From Octopus sinensis (taxonomy: Eukaryota): a stretch of 64,000 nt of DNA. A program made the translations under genes and the position numbers. The notes below the pieces were generated by a model. The model was given only the letters and a program-made list of their open reading frames with translations, made no database searches and was not told where the DNA came from. Shown here one piece after another: positions 27,225 through 39,260 of this stretch (within the stretch, counting starts at the first letter, position 1; every line of letters starts with the position of its first letter). The stretch spans positions 21,886,001 to 21,950,000 of the forward strand of contig NC_043000.1 in assembly GCF_006345805.1 (NCBI RefSeq), given 5' to 3'.

Positions 27225-27455
27225 CCATGCTGCTGTTGTTGTTGTTAAGCAACAAGACGGGTAAGGGTGATTAGGTGATGGTCTAGGGCTTAGGGGCAGG
27301 AGATCCCAGACCTTGGAAGAAAAAGAAAACTTTGGTCATCTTGTAGTCGAGAGCTCTTTGTTGAGACCCGACACTACTGGGAGGTGGCCCTCGAAGTCGC
27401 TGGAAATGGAGATCTCCAGGTCCAAATTCTTGAACGGCACATGACCATGCTGCAA
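27225..27455 (-). mobile_element. Retroposon 3' end with (CAA)n tail
   Basis: Reverse-complement match to 59405-59630. Confidence 0.75.
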
Positions 27456-28029
27456 GGTTGTGTACTTTTTATACAGATTTATGTATCCATTAACATGGGA
27501 CCAGTGAATAGAAAAAATACAAAGGTGCCTGGTCTTAACAAACAATGCAGATGGGTATATTCTCAACAAAAAAAAAAAAAAGAGAGAGAGAAAGAGAGAA
27601 AAGATGATCAAGAAAATGCATGGTGGCGAAAGTTTCATTTCTGTGGACTACAAAGTTTGGTGTCAATGAATCTACCATTCATTCCATTTACAAAAGTGCA
27701 TGGAGATAGTTCATTTATCACTGATTGACTTATCATAGTGAATTTTTGGAACCAAACCCCTGTGATAAATGAGGGTAGTGCTGGAATCGAAGTAAATGGT
27801 TACCACATTCCACCAACATATGCACTTGAGAAAATTCACCTTGTGCCCCCCCCCCCCCAAATTTTTATTGTAAAGCAAATTCTGATGACTGAAAGGATAG
27901 AGAACTAAACTAACTATTCTTGGTATCCAGTTTTGTAGTTTGGCAAACTTTTCATCATTAAAGAATCAATGAAATAATAATCAAGAAGAATATCATAATA
28001 AATTCAATCACCCACTCTGTTAGAATGTG

Positions 28030-28205
28030 TTGGCTATGTCAGGAATATAGCCTCTCCTTTCATCTTTTCGGGGTCGATTAAATGAGTACCAGTCGATATA
28101 ATTGACTAAATCGCACTGGGGTCGATATAATTGACTAAATCCCTTTGTCTGTCCTTGTTTGTCCCCTCTGTGTTTAGCCCCCTTGTGGGCAATAAAGAAA
28201 TAAGA
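28030..28205 (+). mobile_element. SINE family C, 5'-truncated, with internal duplication
   Basis: TTCATCTTTTCGGGGTCGATTAAA core and GGCAATAAAGAAAT tail as at 32381; GTCGATATAATTGACTAAATC occurs twice. Confidence 0.85.
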
Positions 28206-29539
28206 AATATAGCCTTTCTCCATGATCCTATCTGTGAAACCCAATGCTCTCAGCAATTCTGGATTATCATGCAAAAGTGAGCAGCTACGACAGTGTCTTC
28301 CTTTGACTCGATGTGGAGTATAGGGTGCCAACAAGAGTCTCCTTCTCTCTCCATCTTCAGTAACAGATTGCAGTTATCTGCAAGATTATCCACCTACCAG
28401 TATTTCAGTTTCTGTAGACCTTATCCGTGTTTGTTTTTAATCACTTTCCCTTTATTTCTTGGGAAAAAATAATGCATTGCCCTAGTATATAGAATATGGC
28501 AATTGGGAATCACATCTAGTTGCCAACAGTACAGCATAAGCTCATTCAGCAGCTAAGCTTTCTCCCCTACTTACATAATGGAGTTTCAGAAGCCTATTTT
28601 ATCTCATTAATGGGGCATGCTTTATCCTCATTGCCTTAACCAGAATAACAGTGTTGTCGAATAAGTGTATGCAGCTGTAAGTAATGACTGGAAGAGTCAC
28701 AAGCTTCAATGTAGGCAATAATGCGGAATAAGAACTGACACATGGCAGAGGGAATTCTTTAGTTCTCCTATATAGTACAATTTCTTAAAGTACTGTATAT
28801 ACTCATGAAAAAGTTGAATTTTTTAGACCATTTTTATAGGATTGACTATTACATGGGTACTACTTCTGAGGGGATGAACATCCAAATTAGAATCCGAAGT
28901 ACCGTATCAGCAGCAGAAGCCCAACTAATCTCTAAACAAATAAAAACAAAAACACAATGAATTACAGTAATATTACCAATTCTATGCATAAAAAAAAATG
29001 TCCTAGTAAATAACAGGACTCATAAACCAGACTGTGTAGCTCTTATAAATATTTATTCTGTCTCTTTTATGTGTTCCCATCAAACTTAACAGACTAGCTA
29101 AGTGAAATCAATTTATATCTCATAATTATGTTATATTACCACTGGTAACATATATACCTGTTACCAGCATGCCACTACATACCGTAATACGCAGCATACA
29201 GCTGATACCGACTCAGATTGTTTCACATTATAACTCTTCAAGGATATTACACTGTTTTCATATTTGTGGTTAAAGTCACACTCATCACAAGTGTATTGTG
29301 GTACAGGATATTAGTGGTGTATTTCTATTTCTAATTAATTAAATGCAACTTAATTTTTTAAATGCCAAAATTGATAAAATAAGTAGAAGCACAACAACAC
29401 TTTCCACCACCAACAGTCTTCGCTGAAAACGTTTTCTTCTTTGTAGCTGTAAGGTAGCCACACAATTTTGTAACAGTGTATTTCTACGTACAGGATAAAA
29501 CAGTACCTTGACCTACAAATGTTGTCCTATTGTTCATGA

Positions 29540-29652
29540 AATACTAGGGTCGACTTTTATACAGGGTCTATGGAAAATACCCAATTTTTCGCCCCAAAAT
29601 AGGGGGTCGACTTTTACATGAAATCGACTATTATTTGAGTGTATATAGTAGT
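29540..29652. mobile_element. End of a pogo/Tigger-type MITE
   Basis: Repeated GGGTCGACTTTTA(T/C)A subterminal motifs ending in GTATATAGTA. Confidence 0.5.
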
Positions 29653-29750
29653 TACTGATAGGAAGATAGAGCCACACAGTCTGGTTTATGAGTTCTTATT
29701 GATAGGAAACTGTACCATAAGAATGGAATGTATAAGAGGTTGACATATAC

Positions 29751-29903
29751 TTTGTAAGCCACATTCTTTCTTCACTACTCATCTGAGACAGCAGTAACAC
29801 CAAATAAGAACTGATACCAGACCAAGAGAACTTTTTATTTAATCCATTTGCATGGAACAACCTCTCTAGAACCAGTGGTTCAATAAAATGCACCCAATCA
29901 ACA
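29751..29903 (-). CDS. Candidate coding exon, 153 nt (VDWVHFIEPLVLERLFHANGLNKKFSWSGISSYLVLLLSQMSSEERMWLTK)
   Basis: Acceptor TGTCTTACAG, donor AA|GTATAT, one open frame, phase 2/2, joins in frame to the 30621 exon. Confidence 0.45.
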
Positions 29904-30117
29904 CTGTAAGACATACATAACAAAAATGTTGACTGGTTGCCGTATATTCTGGAAGAGACACTGATTGCAACAAGTAATAAGACAACAGAGTTGTTTCTAA
30001 CCAACAGTTTAAAAAAAATTTCATTAAGGCATAAAAAATGGTAGATGATGATGAAAATGCATTATTCATTCACATTACATCAACATCAAAATAAAAATCA
30101 AATGGAAATTGTAGCTG

Positions 30118-30432
30118 TGATACCTGTGTCGGTGGCACATGAAAAGCACCATCCAAATGTGGCCGATGCCAGCACCACTTTGACTGGCTTTCGTGCTGGT
30201 GGCACATAAAAAGCACCAACTGATCATGGCGTTGCCAGCCTCCTCTGGCCCCTGTGCTGTTGGCACGTAAAAAGCACCCACTACACTTATGGAGTGGTTG
30301 GCGTTAGGAAGGGCATCAAGCTGTAGGGACACTGCCAGATCAGACTCGAGTCTGGAGCAGCCTTCTGGCTTCCCAGATCCCAGTCAAACCATCCAACCCA
30401 TGCTAGCATGGAAAACGGACGTTAAATGACAA
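30118..30432 (+). mobile_element. SINE family B (GATGAT-tailed)
   Basis: GGCGTTAGGAAGGGCATC...CATGGAAAACGGACGTTAAA tail, recurring about 9 times in the window. Confidence 0.85.
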
Positions 30433-30620
30433 TGATGATAATGATTATATGTCTGCTCCAGAGCAGTCATTACCAGTTTTCTCTATCTTCATTTATCACA
30501 TACTTCTGACTCCTTTGCACACACAATCTGTCTGTCTGTCTCTCTCTCGCACTCTCTCCTTCTCTCTGGTTTCCCACCTCATTCTCCACACTACTTCTTC
30601 AATTTAATGTTATCATTTAC

Positions 30621-30704
30621 CTGCCTGCAAAAGTCTTTCTCTTTCTTCCTAACAGATTCAGGGCAAGATTCTCACTCCCCACAACAACTGACCTCTCCTT
30701 TCTA
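30621..30704 (-). CDS. Candidate coding exon (RKERSVVVGSENLALNLLGRKRKTFAG); alternative start at 30758
   Basis: Donor GCAG|GTAAAT; single open frame; ends in phase 2. Confidence 0.4.
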
Positions 30705-31750
30705 CTGTCAACAATTAATCTATGTCTTTCACTGCAAATCCTAATCCACCACCACAGTCTGATAGGGCAACATTGAAAAAGACTAACACAATTCACATCA
30801 GGAAAATACAGGTTCTTGAAAATATAGGTGCAGATGTAAATATTTAAAAAGAAATGTTTTATCTCTCGAGATGAGGTTAACATATGAAAAATTAGAATCA
30901 TACCAACAAAAACTCATCTCAAACATTTCATACAGTATTACATATGTGTGACACTTGCCTCGTATAATTCACTTTTTACATGAGTTGAAAAATTTCACAA
31001 ACAATAGTTCTAGAAGCAGCTATCTTCACTAATTCTAACTACTCTGCTATCTTCAAGTCTATCTTCATTCAGTGCAGCAAATCATGTCACAGAGATAGCA
31101 GTTTTTGTGTGTGTTACTAGCCGTGCCAACACATCTGGTACACCCAGTTTTAATTCCCTGTCAATTTCTGTACACAGCTCCACCTTATTTCTGTCTCTAC
31201 CTTTTTGCATACTATTCTGATGTCACTGGGCTTTTCTAACACAATTTTCATAAGAATTAACTAAATTTCAGCCATTGTATACAAACACACAATTATAATA
31301 CAAATGCGTGACTATAAGATATCTAAGAAGAAGATATAACAAAATAAAAAGAAAAAAATCAAGCTACATAACTTTTATATATGCCACAAAGTTCAGCTTA
31401 ACATACATCTAACACAAAACAGGAATAAATAAGCTAAGCATGAAATGGATTGCATGTACAGTCACGTTTTCTTTTTTTTGTTATAAATAAATTACCCATA
31501 TTCACATGTAGAACAAAATGCATTCGTATGCAAGACCATACATTTCAACAAAATAGGAAACTGCTAGCAAGATATGATTGAATTTTCTATCCTCTGTAAG
31601 TAAACAGGTTCAGTTGGATAAAGAAGAACCTTTTTGTTACCATATTTGTTGAAATGCATTGCCTTTGTTTTAATTAATTTTGAAACAAATGAAGCATTTA
31701 GTAAAGTAATTCATTATCAAGCTGGTGTTTAGAACACAAATTTATATAGA

Positions 31751-32127
31751 ATAAAACGTTTTGAATGGTACAACAATGCACTATAATATAAAAAATGGAC
31801 TATATACCTGTTGTAATTTAGTTATCCATAGTCCGATGATATTTCAGAATACAATTCCTTCTTCAGGTGCATGAGGTCGGCTATGTCTATGACCTCATGC
31901 ACTTCTCATGAAGAATTCCGGAAGGAGCTTCATGAGACCACTGCTGAGATGCTTCCGAAAAAAGAAAGCCATTGGAAAACCGATTATAGCAGCGACTCCA
32001 TCTAAGAATATCTGAAGAAGGAATTGTATTCTGAAATATCATTGGACTATGGATAACTAAATTACTATAGGGATATAGTCCATTTTTTGTATTATAGTGC
32101 ATTGTTGTATCATTCAAAACTTTTTAT
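31751..32127. mobile_element. Foldback element with about 115-bp inverted arms and internal hairpins
   Basis: 31751-31868 versus the reverse complement of about 32010-32127 shows about 7 mismatches; inner stems GTGCATGAGGTC/GACCTCATGCAC and TCTCATGAAG/CTTCATGAGA. Confidence 0.85.
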
Positions 32128-32221
32128 TTTTTACAAACAATACACAATGCTTCAAGCAAACTACAATACTCTCCTACAAATTTATATATTTTGTTGGAAG
32201 ATTTTAATTTAGATAACTTAA

Positions 32222-32669
32222 GCCTTTAGCATTTAAACCAGCCATATCCAGCCCAAATTGCTACCTGCTTTATGTTCTAAACAGCCAGATCTAGTGTATC
32301 ACACCTACTCTTCAATGCCATTATAAAATAATCATATTATCAAAATTTCAAAGCTACAAAATAATGTACAATTAATTAAAGGTGGCAAGCTGGCAGAATC
32401 GTTAGCACGCTGGGTGAAATGCTTAGCAGTATTTCGTCTGCTGCTATGTTCTGAGTTCAAATTCTGCCAAGGTTGACATTGCTTTTCATCCTTTCGGGGT
32501 CGATTAAATAAGTACCAGTTGTGCACTGGGGTCGATGTAATCGACTTAATCCCTTTGTCTGTCCTTGTTTGTCCTTTAGCCCCTTGTGGGCAATCAAGAA
32601 ATAATTAATTAAAGACAACTTGAATGCAAAAAGTCTAACATTTAACAGAATAATCTGAATGCTAAAGGG
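32222..32669. mobile_element. piggyBac-like (TTAA) MITE interrupted by a SINE
   Basis: Ends TTAA-GCCTTTAGCATT / AATGCTAAAGGG-CTAA; related copy at about 52485-52662. Confidence 0.65.
32381..32602 (+). mobile_element. SINE family C, full length, with 11-bp TSD
   Basis: tRNA-like head GGTGGCAAGCTGGCAGAATCGTTAGC; TSD AATTAATTAAA at 32370-32380 and 32603-32613. Confidence 0.92.
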
Positions 32670-33029
32670 CTAAAACAAGAAGACTGTAACAGAACCAGGG
32701 GCAGTCTTAAGTACATAGGTATCCGAAAAGTTAATGCAAAGTATTTTGTTTAGATATCATCAGGTTGTTCTTTAATTGATTCTGAGCATAACCAAAAGCT
32801 TTGCATTCAAAACAAATTTTGCAGAAATCACACATCAGTTGTTTGTTTGAGCAATATGTTTATGTTTACATTCGATGATAAACTTTATTATCTATTTCAA
32901 AATACGGATACAAAAATATTGAACAGATGTTCAATTCAAGGTTTGTTTGTTTTCTCACATTCTAGAAGTTATCATTTATGGTAACTGATAGGTCCTTTCA
33001 GAACCAAATAAACAAAAAAAAAAAACAAC

Positions 33030-33380
33030 TTTGAATTAATAATCATCTGAATAACTGGCACTTTGTCAATTACAACAACAAGCATTCCAGTTGATCCAAT
33101 TGATGGAACAGCCTGCTCATGAATTAATGTGCAAGTGGCTGGGCACTCCACAGACATACATGCCCTTAACATAGTTCTCAGGGAGATTCAGCATGACACA
33201 GAATAGACAAGGCTGGCCCCTTGAAATACAGGTACTACTCATTTTTGCCAGCTGAGTGGACTGGAGCAACAAGAAATAAAATATCTTGCTCAAGGTTACA
33301 ACACACCACAAGGAATCGACCTCACAACCTCATGATTGTCAGTCATATACCCTAACCATTGAGCCACATGCTTTCACCTT
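33030..33380 (-). mobile_element. SINE family D
   Basis: Reverse match to 49960-50230 (GCTGAATCTCCCTGAGAACTA core). Confidence 0.8.
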
Positions 33381-33589
33381 ATCTGAATAAAGAAAGGGAT
33401 GAATCCTATTAATATTTTTCTTTGCTGATTCAGTCTTATTAATTAATCAGTTGTTTTGCATTTGACTACAATAAACTAATCTTTTTGTCTTGTCTTGAGA
33501 CAGCATTCACCCAGGGTGGGTTGAGCTGGCTTCATTCATCCTCAATGCTGCATCTCTCACAAACGCTGACCAGTCCTGGCGATTTGAAG

Positions 33590-33860
33590 CTAACAACCAT
33601 GTGATCTCCAACCACTCCTGGGTTCCAGATCAGCCTTGACTGTCATCAGCCAGGTTTTTCGTTGTCCACCACATCGCATTCGCCAACCCTGAAGGGGAGA
33701 TTCATAGACGAATTCTCCTGGTTGACGACGGAGGGCATGACCCAGCCAATGCAGACGTCTTGTTAGGATGACTTGTCGGAGGGAGGTGATTTTGCACTGG
33801 TGTCGCACTGAACTGTTGGAGACAAAGTGATGCCATCGGACATGAAGGATGCGGCATAGA
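33590..33860 (-). mobile_element. LINE (RTE-like) 3' fragment
   Basis: RRLHWLGHALRR...QRKTWLMTVKADL. Confidence 0.85.
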
Positions 33861-34394
33861 CAGAGGTGATCGAAAGATTATAGTCGCTTAATATCTTCCA
33901 ACTAGACTTATTACCATCCTAGTTAGTATCATCATTATCATTGTTTTAATGTCTACTTTTTCATGCTAGCATGGCTCAGATGAGTGTATGTTATAGCACT
34001 GCCTACACCCACATGTTTCCAAATGAAATAATAATGTCCCAGGATATCAAACAAAAAACAGCCCACTCATGTTTACGTGAAGAACTGGAAACAAATGATA
34101 CTGGTGAATGAGCCTTATGTTTGCAAAAAATGTGTAACATGCTGAGACAAGTCAAGAAACTCAAACATGCTTTTGTGGTGGACAAATGACATTGCTATTT
34201 TTTTATTTACATAAGTCGTTATAGTTGTTTAATCCCTGCTCTGATCAAGCTGATTTATCAACAGCATTCCAGTCATGACAATCCATCTTATTTTGAGACA
34301 TAATGTATACATGATTACATTATGCAACGTGTCCTTCTTTGTTTAAGATGATACCCACGAGTTACTATTTCTAGTAGGATGAGTTGTTAGATAT

Positions 34395-34700
34395 GTTTGT
34401 TCCTTCTCAAGCCATGCCTGGCTCATAAGAGCTAGTTTCCCCGGTTTCCTTGACATATAGGTTCCCCACCTGGACGGGACACCAGTCCATCACAGGTGAG
34501 CTGCAAGATGCAGGAGGAAAGAGTGAGAGAAAGTTGTGGCGAAAGAGTCAACAGAAGTTTGCAATAACCTTCTGCCGGAGCCACATGGAGCTTAGGTGTT
34601 TCGCTCATAAATACACACATCACCTGATCTGAGATTCGAACCTGCGATCCCTTGACTGCGAGTCCGCTGCTCTAACCACTAGGCCATGTGCCTCCACTAG
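34395..34700 (-). mobile_element. tRNA-derived SINE
   Basis: Reverse strand head GTGGTTAGAGCAGCGGACTCGCAGTCAAGGGATCGCAGGTTCGAATC has clear A and B boxes but no 3' acceptor stem. Confidence 0.8.
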
Positions 34701-35261
34701 TAGGATGAGTGACCCAAGTTCTCCCTTTCTAACATATAACAGTTAAGATAGCTGATACTTTTCACTAGCAATGTCTAAATATTGTGGCATTAAAAATCTT
34801 TGTTTTTTCCTTTACAAACCCTAGTTACAAGTGAAGGAAAGCCTTGAAGGCAATCTACAAGAAAATCCAAAGATCCAGAGATGCAACGGAACTAATGACA
34901 ACGTATTCAGCATAGAACTAATTACAAATTAGGTTACTTTAGTTACATGATATGCTAACGCAAATATGATTTTTCATGTCAACAAGTATGTTTGCACTGG
35001 ATAAAATATTAATTTATTGTTAGCAAGATACTACAATTCAGTGCATGAAATAAAATGAATGGCACACTTTCTTTCTGATTTTAAATTTAAGTTGGGTATG
35101 TCTCAAAATAGTTGGATTACTTCATTTTTGTATTTCGTTTGCAAGAGTTTTGAAGTAAACCAGTGTGTTAAAACATTTTGTTGTATCTCGGGAGGGTCAT
35201 TATGCGAATAAGAAACACACACACTGGTTCTATTTCACTTCTTGTTCTATTATCTATTATT

Positions 35262-35545
35262 TTTACTTGTTGCAATCATTAGACAGTGACCATGCTGAAG
35301 CATCACCTTGAAGAATTTAAAGCCTAGTATTTATTCTATTAGTCTCTTTTGCTGAATAGTTAAGTTACAGGGCCATAAATGCAGACACAAAAACACACAC
35401 ATATATGTGCAATGGGTTTCTTTCAGTTTCCATCTACCAAATCCACTCACGTGGCTTTGGTTGGCCCAAGACACTTGTCTAAGGTGCCACACAGTGGGAG
35501 TGAACCTGGAACCATGTGATTGGGAAGTAGGTTTCTTATCACAGC
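35262..35545 (-). mobile_element. SINE family A, diverged
   Basis: Core and head in reverse. Confidence 0.8.
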
Positions 35546-36121
35546 CTGTGCATATTATTAGTCAATTCTAATTAACCAATTAACTAATTTATTAATTGAT
35601 TAATCAGTCAGTCAATCAATCAGGCTTGTCAAAGTCCTTTTGTCTCCATTTGCAACCTCATCAATGACATGCCCTCTGGCAGACATAGAGTAAAGAGGAC
35701 GTGTCCTTGATATGGTTGTGAATGGTGAAAGTATTTTGACAAACCTAACAGACTGATTGAATGACAGACTGAACAATTAAACAATTGATTGGTTAATTGG
35801 ATAAATGTTAACAAATGGACTAATATTGATTAAAAACAACTGAAAAAGAATCAGTGCATGTGTTTATTATTGGCATAATGACCCTCCCAAGATACAACAA
35901 AATTGAGTTACATTGTTTCTTTAGTAAAAATCAAACAATCTATATAATGACTCCTAATTTCTATCATTGGAATTATTTCTTTTCAAATGGGTAAGAAAAC
36001 TGAGTGGGGTTTTAAAATACCTAATTCAATAAAATATGAACCTCAAAATTTCTAATAGTATCCCCAGTCAGGAAAATAAAATTTCTCAATAGCTACTTCC
36101 CTAGCATCTATATGGTTAGTC

Positions 36122-36277
36122 GCCATGATAGATCGTTAACCACTACACTCATTTTTTTCTCTCCTTGTTTTTTTGTGTCCCTTTCTGTAGAAGAGCATAG
36201 GCTTAAAACGTAAAATACTTTTTCTATTCCTGAGTGTTATACTAATACATCTGTTTGTTTTTTTCGTAAACTCTCCC
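36122..36277 (+). mobile_element. 156-bp insertion flanked by a 17-bp direct repeat
   Basis: CATCTATATGGTTAGTC at 36105-36121 and 36278-36294. Confidence 0.7.
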
Positions 36278-36711
36278 CATCTATATGGTTAGTCACCCTG
36301 CTTGAAATAGTCAAAACTTTATTTTTAAAATTCGCTAAACCATCTTGAAAAAGATGGTACACGTTAGATGCTGGAGTCATAAGTATGCAATGCCTGTTAG
36401 AAGGATGGGATAGTTATGGATGGAATGTCTGTGACCACTCAGAGCTAACTTGGGACTAAACAAGATTACCAACAAGAACAAAACTTGTTTATCTAAATAA
36501 ACGGATTTAAAGAAAGAGAAATTCCTAATGAGAAGTTGCCTCATCAATCCCCAAATGGAATAATTTTGCATTCATAAAGACCTATCCCATTTCCTAGAAA
36601 AAAGCTAATCTGGTTGTTTTTGCCCTAAAATTAAACTTTTTTTTTAAACTAACAAGTTCTGTTTCCGGTTCTTTGACCCACTAGACCAACTTTTCAAGTG
36701 TTTCATCATCA

Positions 36712-37045
36712 TCATTTAACGTCCGTTTTCCGTGCTGGCATAGGTTGGATGGTTTGACTGAGGGTCTGGAGAGCCAGCAGCTGCACCAGGCTCCAATCTG
36801 ATCTGGCAATGTTTCTACAGCTAGATGCCCTTCTTAACGCCAACCACTCCGAGAGTGCAGTGGGTGCTTTTTACGTGCCACCAGCACAAGTGCCAGTCAG
36901 GCAAGCCCAGCATCAATTACGTTTGGATAGTGCTTTATATGTGCCACCGGCATGGAAGCCAGTCAGGGGGCACTGGCATCGGCCACATTTGGATGGTACT
37001 TTTTATGTGCCACTGACACAGGAGCCAGGCAGGGGGCACTGGCAT
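36712..37045 (-). mobile_element. SINE family B
   Basis: CATCATCATTTAACGTCCGTTTTCC tail in reverse. Confidence 0.85.
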
Positions 37046-37194
37046 CGAAAATGTTACGAGTTTGTTAATCTTAAACTAAAACATTTATTTGCATTTATCC
37101 TAGAATAAAATATTTAATCTAATATAATTAGTTAAGCATGAAAATATATACTTTTTGTTCATCTATTAAATAATGAGATTTAAAACAAGGTGCA

Positions 37195-37610
37195 GTAATA
37201 GCCATGTAGTAAGAAGTTGGCTTCCCAACCACATGATTTTGGGTTCAGTTAAACTGAATGGCAACTGGGGTAAATGTCTTCTATAGCCCCTGGCCAACAA
37301 AATTCTTTTGAATGGATTTGGTAGCTGGAAACTAAGACCTGTCATGTGTGTGCACATGCATGCATGCATGCTTGTGTTACTGTTTCCTTGCTTTGACATT
37401 GCATGATAGTAAACTACTATCAACATCATGCAAGTAGTGTCCTTTGTTTCAATCTTCCACGAAAGCCTGTCTGGTCATGGAGAGATATTACCTTAATTTG
37501 AGGCATGTGAGGGTTGGTGATATAAAAGGTATCCAGCCATAGAAGACCTACCTCAATAAATTCCATCTGACCCATGCAAGCATGAAAAAGTGGATGTTAA
37601 AACAATGAGG
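37195..37610 (+). mobile_element. Composite SINE: family A head/core with a family B-like tail
   Basis: Family A head, then ends CATGCAAGCATGAAAAAGTGGATGTTAAA; similar composites at 48845-49240 (+) and 60420-60830 (-). Confidence 0.7.
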
Positions 37611-37644
37611 ATGAAATCTTAATTCAATCTTTGTCTTTATTATT

Positions 37645-37935
37645 ATGTCTGCCTTAGTGAAGGCAGAAGTATTGTTTTCAGTCGTGTTTGTTTGTTTGTC
37701 TGTGGACAAGATATCTCTAGAATCACTGGATGGATTTGGATGAAACTTTCAGGGATGTTTGGCCTCATGACTGGCACGAACTGATTAGATTTTGGGATCG
37801 ATCCTGTACCAGACAAGGATTTTGGATTATTTTACCAGTGTTTTTACTTAATTTTCGAGAGTGGTCAGGTTCATTTTTAGTATTCTCCTTTGTGTGAGCA
37901 GTAGAGTTTATTTCAGATATTCCCATTTTAAAAAT
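37645..37935 (+). mobile_element. Helentron/DINE-like non-autonomous element
   Basis: TGTCTGCCTT...GTTTGTTTGTTTGTCTGTGGACAAGATATCTC...GGATTTGGATGAAACTT layout typical of DINE-1-like repeats. Confidence 0.55.
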
Positions 37936-38029
37936 TATCTCCAGCTAATCGTTGAGAGGACAGTGGTGTTGCCTGTGCAGAGGTTTGTGCTCTTTGACTG
38001 TTCTTGTTATTAAGATCAAATAAGCAGCA

Positions 38030-38195
38030 GGCTAACAGAATCATTACTGCACCTGACAAAATGTTGCTAAGCATTTTGTCTTTCACCCTTTCAAGGGTCA
38101 ATAAAATGTGTACCTGTTGAGCACTGGGGTCAATGTAATTGACTTGTCCCCTCCTTTGAACTATCTGGCCTTGTGTCAAAATTTGAAACTATTAT
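38030..38195 (+). mobile_element. SINE family C, diverged
   Basis: CACTGGGGTCAATGTAATTGACT core; another copy at about 40420-40632 (-). Confidence 0.7.
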
Positions 38196-38260
38196 TACTA
38201 GGGTCAAAATCAGGAGAACATCAAAACAAATGTTCTGCAATAATTTTGTAATTCATTTAA

Positions 38261-38479
38261 CCCTTTTGTTACCAATCCGGCTGAAACCGGCTCTGGTTCT
38301 GAGTACAAATGTCTTGTTTTCATAAATTTTGAATTAAAATCTTCCACCAAACCTTAGTCACAATTTATGTTCCTAACACTAAATGAAAGATAACTAAATT
38401 ATTTTACCAAATTTTTTGTTGTATTTAAAGTAATTGAAAGAAAAACAGAGCATCTCAAAATAAATACGGTAACGAAAGT
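38261..38479. mobile_element. piggyBac-like MITE
   Basis: TTAA-CCCTTTTGTTACC left end; reverse match to 43157 and 52725; right end decayed. Confidence 0.8.
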
Positions 38480-38899
38480 TGAAAATAAGTACTAGTCAAC
38501 TGAACAATCAACAATGCTGGTCATCTTCACACAACAGTTTACTGATTGTCTTAGTTTACAGCAGATCATAGATGAACCAATAAGAGTAGACAACATTCTT
38601 GATCTATTCTCACAGATGTACCTGCAGAAGGCACAATTGTAACACATCTAAACACCTCAACACAAAAAACAAATACAAAACTATAAGCTAAAAAAGAAAT
38701 CAACTTATCTCTAAAAGGCAATTAATTTTTCTTTCATAAGAATGTTTTACACACTGACTAGGATGTGGGGTGGGTGATATGAAGGCAGAATAGTCACAAT
38801 AAAAATTGTGTGGAAAGGCTTCAAGGAACTATTACCTCTGCTGCCAACAAAGGAATTCTATGAGTGAAGAACAATTTACATGATGTCAGTGAAGAGCAA

Positions 38900-39260
38900 T
38901 GTTGCATAGAAGCAAAATAGAGAGTGAATGTGGAAGATATTAGAAGGTTGGAAACAAACAAGGTGAGCATGCTCCACTGGATAATGTAATGGTAGTGTGC
39001 ATGAACAACAGAAAACATTGAGTATAAAAGGAATTAGATATAGTGTACTAGAGAGAAGAGTAAACTGGTACAAACATGTCATGCATATGGGAATGACAGC
39101 TGAATAAATATATGGCAAGTGATCCAAATGAAAAAATATACAAAAAACATGGGAAGAAATGTTGAAGTTGATCCAAAGAGACTGGACCTCATCAAGGAGA
39201 TTACAGAGAACTGCAGTTTGGAGACAAGCCACTAAGACCCATCCAGCTCATGTAAGTATG
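38900..39260 (+). mobile_element. LINE (RTE-like) 3' fragment
   Basis: RRLETNKVSMLHW, RRVNWYKHVMHM, KKTWEE in broken frames. Confidence 0.75.

Noticed and set aside
34620-34700. tRNA gene (also considered at 57070-57150 and the SINE A and C heads)
   Set aside because: A and B boxes are present, but the sequence runs into SINE bodies without an acceptor stem.
34824-34930. Plus-strand frame LQVKESLEGNLQENPKIQRC…
   Set aside because: Short, no convincing donor, no linked exons.
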